The notes below the pieces were generated by a model. The model saw only the letters and a list, made by a program, of their open reading frames with translations, was not told where the DNA came from and did not search any database. A stretch of DNA of 63,775 nt, counting the filler, from Olpidium bornovanus S191 (taxonomy: Eukaryota; Fungi; Olpidiomycota), in the NCBI GenBank assembly GCA_017911155.1. It is 28 parts of 28 records of this genome, joined end to end, with 100 filler letters (N's around TTAATTAATTAA, not from the genome) between each part and the next. Parts side by side here need not be neighbours in the genome. Positions count along the whole stretch, not along the records: positions 17,354 to 23,531 come from JAEFCI010012554.1; positions 23,632 to 25,340 come from JAEFCI010000379.1; positions 25,441 to 27,006 come from JAEFCI010007277.1; positions 27,107 to 28,560 come from JAEFCI010006131.1; positions 28,661 to 30,256 come from JAEFCI010012341.1; positions 30,357 to 31,461 come from JAEFCI010004317.1; positions 31,562 to 32,862 come from JAEFCI010009779.1; positions 32,963 to 36,460 come from JAEFCI010003395.1; 20 more parts are not named here. The stretch is one strand, 5' to 3'. This document shows positions 23,485-33,967 of the stretch, in pieces. The number at the start of each line of letters is the position of its first letter. The first letter of the stretch is position 1. The translations under genes and the position numbers were made by a program.

Positions 23485-23631
23485 AACCGGAGGACCAAAA
23501 CTGCTTTTTTCCTTCCCCCAAACCCCCCCCCNNNNNNNNNNNNNNNNNNNNNNNNNNNNNNNNNNNNNNNNNNNNTTAATTAATTAANNNNNNNNNNNNN
23601 NNNNNNNNNNNNNNNNNNNNNNNNNNNNNNN

Positions 23632-24311
23632 AACCAGACGCCGAACTCCCCGACGATGCTCCGGCAGCCATCTCTCCCCGCGCTCGGAATTCCTGGTTTC
23701 CCGAGCTCCGCCAAAGTGCCGAGTCCTATAATTTCCTCCGCCGGCTCGCTGTTGCACGGGAGGATCCTCCTATTGATATGTCCCGGGTTGATCAGGGTCA
23801 AACCCGTTCACGAAACTTCCTCTTCTCAGACGTTTGGCGGGACATTTCGCTCGACGACGATGACGGTCCTGAGGGAGGTGGCGGAACCGAGAGTGCCCCT
23901 TCTCCTACGGACCGCGTCACACGGTCACAGACTCGCGCCAGTCACGCCCCCGCGTCTGCAACCAGAAGTGCCGTCGTTCCGCTAGCCTCCGGTTCTTCCT
24001 CCGCCTCCTCAACAACTCGCCGGATCGCTTCTGCCACCGCCCCCCAGTGGGCTTCGTTCCACCCGGTCGCGGACAACCGGCCCTGTCGTTCTTTCGTCGC
24101 CGCGTTCCACGTCATCGGCTTCCGTACCCGCAACCTCCACCAATCCCTTCATCATCCCTGGCCACCTCGTCGTCTACCAGCGGATCTTCCTCGTCGGGCC
24201 CGTTTCCTGGTGGATCCTTCTCGGCTCCATCCAGTGGCGACACATCGGCGTCCGTTGCGGTGCCAGTTGATGCTCCGACTGCTCCGTAACCCTTTCGCTC
24301 TCGTCGCTTGA
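23632..24311 (+). pseudogene. Frameshifted S/P-rich ORF remnant followed by AATAAA/A-rich tract; probably a TE accessory ORF
   Basis: Open from the contig start (PDAELPDDAP...RNFLFSDVWRDISLDDDD). Low-complexity text then switches frames after about 24040. No introns; adjacent to a retroelement fragment. Confidence 0.35.
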
Positions 24312-24675
24312 CATAGAAAAGGAGAATAAAATAAAACAAAAAAATCAGAGAAAATACCACAGTTATGTTGGAATTTCAAAATGAAGCTTTGGAATTCGCT
24401 GGTCCCAATCCGGTCGAGCCTCTCGCATTTTTTTTTAACATTTCGCGCCTCGGGGCGCCACGCTCCTACTCGTCGACCCAATCATCTATAACGCCGCAGG
24501 TAGCACTAACAGCAGACGTGGTCGACGGGCGAGCACGGTCCGGTCCCGAGGGCGCCCCCTAGCAACCTGTCGCGTCTCAAGTTGCAACAGTCTCTTTATC
24601 CCGCGTCCCCCGATGAATATTCAACGATCATAGACTGCCTACGTATCCTCAACGAGGAATCAGGGCATTCGTAGT

Positions 24676-25340
24676 TCAAGCATGCAAAACTTCGTAGAAT
24701 TGACTGTTCAGATTTTCTGCACCACGGTCAGCGTCGTCTTCATCACAAGGTTTTTCCAAAGGTTTGACATCGAGTGTTCCATCACGACGTCGGAACAGAC
24801 GAATCCGCGTGCCCGTGTAGCGTGTCTTTAACGCCGTTAGTTTCCGATAAAGCCAACGTCGAAGCTCCACACGGGTCATGCAATGAACTGGTGATTGCAA
24901 TAGAGCTCGAAGGTCATAGTGACAAGCAAAAAACTCGTCCAGATGCCGATCGCTCTTGTGCGTTTAACTTTCTCTCAGCGGAGGACAACTCTGCGACAAC
25001 CGATTCCTCCACGTCGACTGTCGCTGCTAAAATTCCCGATTCTCAGAACCCGCCTCCATGAATGTACCCCGCTCATCTTGCCTGTTTTCCATGTCCGGGC
25101 GTATGTCATTTATCATTGCCCGACGTGGTTCCACCGTAGAAGACGAGTGTTGAAGATCCCCCGAGCACTGGCACACTTTAGAGTGGACCACCATTAGCTC
25201 CATATCACGTTTTGTTCGTGCATCCGTAATCGTAAGGATTTCCGATCCATCATCTCGGCAGTGCTGGCGGCAGTTGACAGCTGCTCTCCACGGCTGACCC
25301 AAGATAATGTTGTATCCCAAACGGTCTTGCATGAAAACGT
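24676..25340 (-). mobile_element. pol: Decayed Gypsy-like pol fragment (retropepsin C-terminus and following region)
   Basis: FMQDRLGYNIILGQPW matches the retropepsin ILGRPW motif; downstream frames are broken by stops. Confidence 0.6.
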
Positions 25341-25440
25341 NNNNNNNNNNNNNNNNNNNNNNNNNNNNNNNNNNNNNNNNNNNNTTAATTAATTAANNNN
25401 NNNNNNNNNNNNNNNNNNNNNNNNNNNNNNNNNNNNNNNN

Positions 25441-26504
25441 CATGCTGACAACTATTGCCGCCTCCGTTCCGACAAAGCGTGCCACCTGAGCCTCGACCTC
25501 TGAGTGGAGCTCGGAGGTACCGGCCTCAAAACGGGGAGCAACGGTCGAGATCCCGTACTTCTTGATAGTGGCCTCGACCGCATCCGCGCACGGACCGTCG
25601 TTGTTCGCAAACCCCAAGTAATTATAAGAAGAAAGATTAAGCAACTTTCGAGTGTGGCCGGTGAACCTGCAGACAGTCTGGCGTGTCAGAGATTCAGAGA
25701 TTCAGGGGTATGGGTTTCAAAACATCATCATTCACGCTCTTGATACTACGGACGACTGCGCGATGCGCCCGCAACAACAAGCTCGCACGGTAACCCACCG
25801 AAGAGTCTTATTGGAGCTATCAAACTTCCGCTCCAGGACCTGGACGACACGTCCAGGAACGCCGGTGATTGGCCGGGAAAAGCAATCCTGGATCCGGGAT
25901 TTGAGGCGGCGAGTGTAGAAAGAATCGAAATCGGATACTAAAGGCGCATAGCCCTGAACGAATTTTTACACGACGACAGGAAAAAGAAAGGGACGTTTCC
26001 GTCACAAAAGTTCAGTTGGTCGTGGAGACCCCCCAAATGTAACGGATATTTGTCCCGCCGGATTCAGGTTTCCCAGACTGTCAAATCGGGGGAAAACAGC
26101 CGGATGCATCTTTGCAAAAAAAAAAACTTTTCTTTCCCGCCGGATTCCGGTTTCTCCGGGCTGTCAGCCGAAAAAAAAACTCTCCTCCTCAGCGCGGCAC
26201 GCACGTCGGTTTCCATGTAGCAGCTGTACTCGGAGGGCTTGAGCCGCTTCCCGAAGAAATCGCGCATGTAGCCGAACACGATGACAATTATGTAGGAGAT
26301 GTAGGTGGTGAGGAGGGTGTACACCGGCGCTTCCTCGTCGTCCTGGTGCTGTGACTTGGCGGCGACGGCCGCACGGGCGGCCGGCGACCGTTTCACGGCG
26401 GCGGAGACCATTGCGGCGTGGGCGGCGGCGGGGCCCGAAGGCGTGTGGGGGCACTGTGCGCGAGGCCGGTACCGCCGGTCTGACTTCGTGACGGCACTTC
26501 CCAT
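25441..26504 (-). CDS. LCB2: Serine palmitoyltransferase subunit 2, N-terminal part
   Basis: TLLTTYISYIIVIVFGYMRDFFGKR | GYAPLVSDFDSFYTRR...DCFSRPITGVPGR | LNLSSYNYLGFA...CADAV. Confidence 0.94.
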
Positions 26505-27106
26505 GTCACCGTCGGCGTTGGTTGGTTGAAAGGGGGGGGCGGGGGAAAGGGGGCCGGGGGGGGGGGGGAGGGGGGGGGGGGGGGGAAAGGAGCCTCGGCG
26601 GCGGCAAGGCCGGCGAGCAGAAGCGGGGCGCGAAGAGAGTCTCACAATATCGCTATCTGTGTGTGTGTGTCTCTCTCTCTATTTCTCACTCTGTCTCTCT
26701 GGGCCTCTGCGTCTCTCTCTCTCTTTCTTGGGGGGGGGCTGCGTGTGTGCGAGAGCGCGGGTGGGATCGGCGGGCCGCCGCCGGCATCAACTTGGGAAGG
26801 GGGAGGGGGGGGTTGTGCGGCTGGCGACGTAGCAGTTTTAGTGGCAGCGGCGGGCAGGGGAGCGGCGGAGGGGAGGGGGGGGGGCGGGTTGGATGGTGGT
26901 GGTGGTGGTTGTGGGTGGTTGAAGAGGAGAGAGAAAGAGAGAGAGAGAGAGAGAGGGACGAGAGGGACGAGAGACACAGACGCGAAAGAAGAAGAAGAAG
27001 ACGACGNNNNNNNNNNNNNNNNNNNNNNNNNNNNNNNNNNNNNNNNNNNNTTAATTAATTAANNNNNNNNNNNNNNNNNNNNNNNNNNNNNNNNNNNNNN
27101 NNNNNN

Positions 27107-28060
27107 CATGAAGTACACGGGAGTATTGGGGACGGCCTCGACCGGCGTGACCGTCAGGGCGAATTCCAAGAGTGGTCCCAAGTGCTCTCCGACGTGGTGC
27201 GGCTTCGGCCCGTACGTTGATATTCCCGGGGACTGCTTGTATTGCCAGCCGTCGCCTTCTGGGACTCCCCGCTCGACGGCCGGCAGCACATCCAACGGGA
27301 GGTTCAACCGCCGGCGCAGAGTTTGCGAGCGTGCGTGCGATTTCCAAGAGTACACTTGCACCCGGGAACCGGAGGAGCCTGGGACAGCACAAATTTGAAC
27401 GGCAACCCTTGCGCAGGGATCAGCGGCAGTGGACAGCGGGTCTCCAGCGCTTACCTGCGTCAATAATTATCACGTAGTCTCTATGCAAGCTCCATGGTTC
27501 CGGCGCGTCTTCAGCCGGCAAACCGTCGGGGTCGACAGGATACCCCGCATCGTCAGACGGCCAGAATGATTCCAAGTACGCCCACGCCGCTGAGCCGTAC
27601 CCCGCGTCGGCGGTGCTCTCCTGGTCAAACGCGTCAGTCAAACGGCCCGAGGGCGAGGTAGAGCTCCAAGTGCCGCTGCGGACGCCGGAAATGCGGGTGG
27701 TGTACATGGCCCCGTGGTAGCTGACAGTCAGTAAGGCCAGCAGCATCAGGCAAGAGAAGCAGTAGAGATAGCCGCCCCGACGCAGACCTGCGCGAGAGGG
27801 CAGCGACAGGCAGAGTCAGATTGTGCGGACGTTCCCGCAACCCCGAGCGGAGCCCGGTACAGTGAAACAGGCCCTCCAGCGGTACCAGTACTTCGGACCA
27901 AGCAGAGGTGCAGGGCCGTCGAGCAGCGGTGGAGCGCGGACCGCGCGGCGGAGGGCGGCGGAGGCACGAGGCCGGCATGATTAAAAGCCTGTCGGTTGTA
28001 CGTCGGAAGAAGCAAGGGCGAGGGGGTTTTAAAAAATGGCAGCGAGCGGGAGGACATCAT
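27107..28060 (-). CDS. GDA1/CD39-family nucleoside di/triphosphatase (apyrase), N-terminal part
   Basis: Apyrase conserved region 1 YVIIIDA|GSSGSRVQVYSW, then PGISTY and TPVYFM (lead-in to ACR2). Hydrophobic N-terminal segment YLYCFSCLMLLALLTV. Confidence 0.88.
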
Positions 28061-28660
28061 CTGCTTTGGACCCGCCGGGAGGGAAAGGGAAGCGGGGCGG
28101 GGGAGGCACTTCTGGATGATGATGGAGAACCCTCGCTCTCCGGCCACCCTCGCGGTCCGAAGCGCACCGGACCAACCACCCACCACCCCCGGCCAGAAAG
28201 CCCAGACGAATGCCCCACAGGGTGGCTTGCCAAAGGCTTGGTCAAGCGGCGCGGCAGTCCACCAGCAGAGAGGCCCGCGCGCCTGCGGGTCTAGGTCAGG
28301 CAAGACCGTATTGGGATCTGCTTTGTGAGGATCAGGAAGATAACTATCGTCGGTGGAGCGGAAAACGGTGGTTGTTGTTGTCGGCCCCGTTTAAATCGAT
28401 TGATCCCACGCCTTCTCCGTTCCCCGCAGGCATTGTTAGACATGCTCGACGGCATTTGGCATTTTGTTTTGCGCTGCGACGTGCGAACAGACTTGACGGG
28501 CAGGCGGCCGCATCTTCTCGCCCGGCGCAGTTTGCGGAGCTGAGGAAGGCTCTGACCACGNNNNNNNNNNNNNNNNNNNNNNNNNNNNNNNNNNNNNNNN
28601 NNNNTTAATTAATTAANNNNNNNNNNNNNNNNNNNNNNNNNNNNNNNNNNNNNNNNNNNN

Positions 28661-29066
28661 CATGTCTGTAGCTGGGATTCAGGCGACGGAATTTCTTGCG
28701 GAGAGATTCCGCCGTTCTTCCCGAGAAGTGCGCCGCAGCCGCTTGCCAGCAAATCCCGCCGCCTGCGCCGACGCAGCGCATAGCTGTTTCCAACAACAAA
28801 GCCGTCTCGGCTACTGTAAAAAATTTTATAACGTTCGTTCCGGGCGTCCTGATGTACCTTCCGTAAGCCCCCTGGCAGGCATTCGCGGTTTTTCCCATCT
28901 CCTTGATGACAGGGATCCAGCTAACGCGCCGCGTCTTCTGCGTATGGATCAGTACTGATTGCCGCAGTTTTGCGATGTCGTCTTTCGACCAAACGCGCCG
29001 CTTCGCGGCAGCATCGGCTGCTGCACTGGCGACACCTTTCATTTTGTTGGCCTGGCAAAAGCGCAT
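28661..29066 (-). CDS. Intronless tandem Myb/SANT-repeat protein (3' truncated)
   Basis: RRVWSKDDIAKLRQSV...VSWIPVIKEMGKTANACQGAY and KFFTVAETALLLE...ICWQAAAAHFSGRTAESLRKKFRRL: two Myb-like repeats with W/F spacing. Confidence 0.75.
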
Positions 29067-29271
29067 AAACAAAAAGAAAAAAACGTTCCTGGTTGGAGGG
29101 ATAAGTTCGTCCAGGAAACTCCGAAAGGGGGGGTGGGAAGTGGGGGGCGGAGTTCGTCCGATGCGCAGATCGGCTAGAGGCGAGGGCGCGGCCGGTACGT
29201 TTGCGGCAGCGGGTCGGACGAGTGCGCCGAGGGTGCGGGAGTGCGAGGGGGGCGGATTCCGAGCTGCCCTT

Positions 29272-29430
29272 CGGTTCGCGACGAGTGTCTTTCTCTACTT
29301 TTTTTTTTCTTCTTCCTTTGGTTCGCGACGAGCTTCTTTCTCTACTTTTTTTCTTCTTCCTTTGGTTCGCGACGAGCTTCTTTCTCTTCTTTTTTTTTTC
29401 TTGCTTTGGTTCGCGACGAGCTTCTTTCCC
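29272..29430. repeat. Minisatellite, about 44-47 bp unit, 4 copies (last one partial)
   Basis: Core GGTTCGCGACGAG(C/T) at 29273, 29320, 29364 and 29408, separated by near-identical CT/T-rich spacers. Confidence 0.9.
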
Positions 29431-31189
29431 TGGTTTTGTTGTCTGTGTTTTTCCCTCTTTTCGTTTCTGGCCCTCGGGGCCGTGCGGGAGGCGCGGTCAC
29501 GTGCGCGCGTTTCTTTTTTTTGCCTTCAAGAGCCTTTTTTATCTTTTTTTTTCAGGTTAGGAGGAAGGGGGGGAAGGTCGGAGGAGGAGGAGGAGGGGGC
29601 AAGAAGAGGAGAGGAGGAGGAGGAGGATGAAGAGAAGATCGAGAGAGATGAAAGGGGAGGAGGAGGAGGAGGAGGAGAGAGGAGCTTGCGCATGACCGTG
29701 CGCATGAGAGGCATTCATGCGCATGAGAAAAAAAGGGCGCACGCGAGCGTCCGCGTGACCAACCCTCCCCCTTCGTTCCCCTCTCCCTTCCCCTCAACCC
29801 CCTCCTCCCAAAAAAACAAAAACAAAAACCAACAAAAAAAAAACCAGGAAACCCCCCAATTCCCCCCACCCCCCCCCCCCCCCCCCCCCCCCCTTCCCCC
29901 ATCCCCGGACCCTTCCGGGAGGGAAGAAAAGAAAAAAGGGCGGGGCGGAAGGGGCGCGGAAGGGGACAGAGAAGGCGGACGCGCGAAACGGGGCTTCTCC
30001 CCGGGGAAAAGGGTGCGCTCCGGCCCGCTTCCCGCCTCCCCCCGCCGCGCTTCGTTCTCCGACCCCGCCCCCCTTCCCCCGGCGCGCCCCGGCTCTCTCG
30101 CCCCAACGCCGCTCGGGGGCGGGGGGGGGGGGGGGCGGGGGCAAAGAAGCAGGAACGGAAAAAGGAACAAACGAAGAGCGGACGGACACCGGGCAGACCT
30201 CCCATGCCGCGGCGGTCGACTTGCGCAGCGTTGCAGGCGCAGAAGAGAAAGCGGTCNNNNNNNNNNNNNNNNNNNNNNNNNNNNNNNNNNNNNNNNNNNN
30301 TTAATTAATTAANNNNNNNNNNNNNNNNNNNNNNNNNNNNNNNNNNNNNNNNNNNNCGAGGGGCGGTCTACCAGGCAAAATCCGCGCTAATCCCGCGCCT
30401 ACTTCCCGTGCAACGGCGGATTGGGGTCCTTGAAAGCCGGGTTGGCGCCTACAAGGCAGGGGCACGTCTAACCATTTCATTACATCATTCGTGTCCGTAA
30501 TAGTAGCCAATAATGGTGTACCTGCTGGACCTCTTCGGCCTCCTGCCAATCCTCTCCGTCGCGCGTTTTGCGCAAAACCAGCAAGGCTCCATGAATTTTG
30601 CGGCAATGCTCCTGGCGACTGCGCGCTTGAGTACTGCAGCTGCGCTAGGCCGACCGTTCACCACTGCGCCATACACAAAAAAAAAACTCGGAACGGAGGA
30701 CGCCGGCGCGCCAGATCGCACGAACATGCGTCCGCGCGTTTTAGCCGCGAGCGCCGGCCTTGCCCCAAGGAAGGGATTTGAGCGGGTACAAAGCGCCCTC
30801 GTTTTCCGGACGCAAACCCGACCCGAAGCGGAAGCGGCAGCTCACAAAAAGAAGCTCTTCCGTTCCGTCCCGTCCCTGTTTCCTTTGAGGCCAGCTGACG
30901 AACAAGCTTTCGGAAGGGCGTTATTGGGGGCGCCGTTTTCGAAACGCCGACGCAAGACCATTTGGCGGCTCGGTCCGCACCCGGCAAAATTTGGAAATCG
31001 ACCCGAACCAGAGAAGAGGTTGGTACATAGCCGGACGCGATCGGCGAGGAGCGGCCGCGGCCGTCAGACACGTTTGTCGGCGTTCTCCGGCAAGAGGGAC
31101 CTGGCGCTAGACCGCATCTAGGGCTGCAGTCGAAGGGGGCCAACGGAGCGGCGCAACCCGGCGCCTCCGAAACGACACCGGGGCATCAG

Positions 31190-31461
31190 ATGTCTATCGC
31201 GCGCCTCGCCGGCGCTCATTCGAGGTTGCTCGCCTGGGCCAGGGAACTGCGGGTCTGGTTTTCCACGTCCTCGACGGCTGCGGCGCGGCCTGTTCCGACC
31301 TGCGCGGCAGAGCGCTTCCGATCAACACGTACTTCAGAGTCCGCCGACGGCAACGTCATTGGCGGCGAGCATTTAGTTCCGGCGTCTGCAAACTTCGCGC
31401 GCTCTGCGGAGCTTGCGAGTTTTCCTGTCGCGGAAAATGTTTGCCGCAGTGCCGCTAAGGC
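31190..31461 (+). CDS. Possible N-terminus of a mitochondrially targeted protein (truncated)
   Basis: MSIARLAGAHSRLLAWARELRVWFSTSSTAAAR is R/A/S/L-rich and nearly acid-free, like a presequence. No domain is visible. Confidence 0.25.
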
Positions 31462-31561
31462 NNNNNNNNNNNNNNNNNNNNNNNNNNNNNNNNNNNNNNN
31501 NNNNNTTAATTAATTAANNNNNNNNNNNNNNNNNNNNNNNNNNNNNNNNNNNNNNNNNNNN

Positions 31562-32859
31562 CCCTGCCGGTGCCGGGTCTTTGACCGGACGGTACGGCAG
31601 CATAGTCGGGATATGTGGTGCGTCCGATTCTGTTCCCCGGTACCTGACCAACGAGGCGTGCGGGAGAGTCCCGGGGAATATTTAATGAGAACATCTCGCG
31701 GTTGTGCGGACAGGGAGGTGTCCGGTGTGTAAGACACGTCGACTCACCCGCTCTCGCAAATTTTCTCCATCCCAGCCTCGGAGGTCGTCGCTCGTGACAG
31801 TTCTTCCACTGCCATGCGCAACTCTAGCGCCGCCGAATCGCTTTGCCTCCTGTGAGTTTCCACCGTTTTCTGCACGCGCTGCCACCGCGGGTCTTCCTGC
31901 ACGTGTATCGGCGGCAGGAAGGGGTACTCGCGGTCAGACTCGCAGACTTGATTCTGCGGATTGTAGTAGAACTCCAGGTGGGGAGCGGGGTTCTGGGTTG
32001 ACGGGGCAGGCGAGGTTATTTTGCGAGCGACACGAAAAAAAAAACATCCGCGGACGTCACCGTCGCCGGGTCGTTTTCGCGCACGCACGTAAATATGGCC
32101 CGGCGGGTACTCGGGGATAACCGTCAACGCCGCCAAGACCGCGAACATCGGCGAGGCGCCCTCCTCGCTTTCCACGTCTCGAACTGAAACAAGCCACGAC
32201 GGGAAGGAAATCGCCTGATTCTTTAAAGGCCCACCGGGGCCATTTCGCGGTTTAGGGGCGGAAACGCCGGCGCGATTTGCACCCACAATATTCGTCCAGC
32301 TCGTCCTCAGGCGCCCTGCTCATCTCGCGGCGCGGTTCCGTCATGACGAAATTTGCCGCGGTGTACGCCTCCGCGTGCTTGCCGCCCGCGATTCGAGCCT
32401 CGGTTACCGGTCGCTGATGCTGAGGTGGGAAAAAAAAAAAGAAACGACGGAAGAGCCGCGATGGAAGGTCAGCTCCCAAAAACACTTTTCTGAGGTTGAG
32501 ACGGTCGGGGAAAGTCCGCGCGCGAACCATAGATTCAAGCGGTTTCGGCGCCGGGAAAGGGAGTTGTTCTGGCGGGTCCACGTGCACGGGCGTAAGGTCG
32601 AGATCTATCACTCCGGGAGTAACGATGTTCTGAGAAAACGCGCGCGGTGCCGGTTATTTTTCAATCACAGCCGCGTCGGGAACATCAAACGGCCGTCCAC
32701 GGAGAAGTCTGGCGTGGCCCTGGTTCGGCTTACCGGCAGCAACCATGTTTCTGACGTGAGCTTGTTGCCCAGGTTCCGTACCGCTTCTTCAAAAGCCTTC
32801 ACCAGGCGGTCCGCCTGCAACCCCGGGATTTTATTTAGTTCGCTGCTCGACTGCACATG
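31562..32859 (-). CDS. Multi-exon hypothetical protein, internal fragment
   Basis: Several protein-like minus-strand segments separated by GT-AG introns (ADRLVKAFEEAVRNLG; PLESMVRARTFPDRLNLRKVFLG; SFPSWLVSV...LAALTVIPEYP; YPFLPPIHVQEDPRW). Family not recognised. Confidence 0.55.
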
Positions 32860-32972
32860 ACANNNNNNNNNNNNNNNNNNNNNNNNNNNNNNNNNNNNNN
32901 NNNNNNTTAATTAATTAANNNNNNNNNNNNNNNNNNNNNNNNNNNNNNNNNNNNNNNNNNNNAAAAAAAAAA

Positions 32973-33012
<40 letters not shown>

Positions 33013-33967
33013 GGTCCCCCCCATCCGCGCTTCCCTCGTGCGTTTTTGTCAGGCTGAGTCGACCACGCCCGCCACGGCAATCCTGCATCAGGTGGCACCC
33101 ATTCTCTGGTCCGCGGAAAGGGGGGGGGGGGAAGGGGTTGAACGACGGTGAAGCCGGGCGGCACTAGACAGCTGCACAGGTCTTCGGGGCACTGGCCACT
33201 CGGCGGATCCAGCACCAGCATCTTTGGCCATTCCTTTCTCCGGCTTCGTTCTTACGTTTTGGTTCAGGCGGCCATGCTCTCACGACGAAGGCATCTTGAG
33301 CAGGGCATCTCATTCGGGTTTGCTTTTTCATTTGTACGGCCCATCCTCTGCAGCATTCGGTAATTGCACAGGGCAGCACACACTGTCAATTGGCTCTTTT
33401 TCCTTACTCCAGATTTAATCTAGTTTGAGCTAGCAAAATCCTGGTCTCCGGCAGTAATCGGGAATAATCCATGTGCCTTCACAACGTCCCCCTGGAAGTC
33501 CAGGGATGGCCACGGATTATTTTCGATTGGTGTGAATCGAGGCAACAAGACTGGCTGGCGCCCTGCACAATAAAATTACACGGGACATCCGTGGTAGCCA
33601 GTGAACCTCATCTCGCGGTGCTTTAGAAATTTTGGGGCGACAGCTCAAGTGTGGTAATGGAAATTTTCGAACCGGAGTTTTAATGCGTACTTTCCAGCAG
33701 TTCCTGTCCAAAAAATGCGGCATATTTTCCAAAAACAAGATCCACCAACTTTTTGCTATCGGCTGTAGATGCATGGCAGCCATATATCAAGCACAACTTC
33801 CGAACCTACCAAATGTCCCGGTAACCGCCTCACTTTCGCGCTAACTTCCGTCTGACATCACTTGCAAAGTGGAAGGCATATTTCGTTGCATGCAAATTTT
33901 TCGATGACAGTCGTGTGGCGACGTTGGCTGCAACAAAAGTAGAACTTGACATGATCTTTTCTTCCCT

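Noticed and set aside
29272-29430. CRISPR-like repeat-spacer array
   Set aside because: The spacers are near-identical low-complexity T tracts, the repeat is only 13-22 nt, there are no cas genes and the context is eukaryotic. It is a minisatellite.
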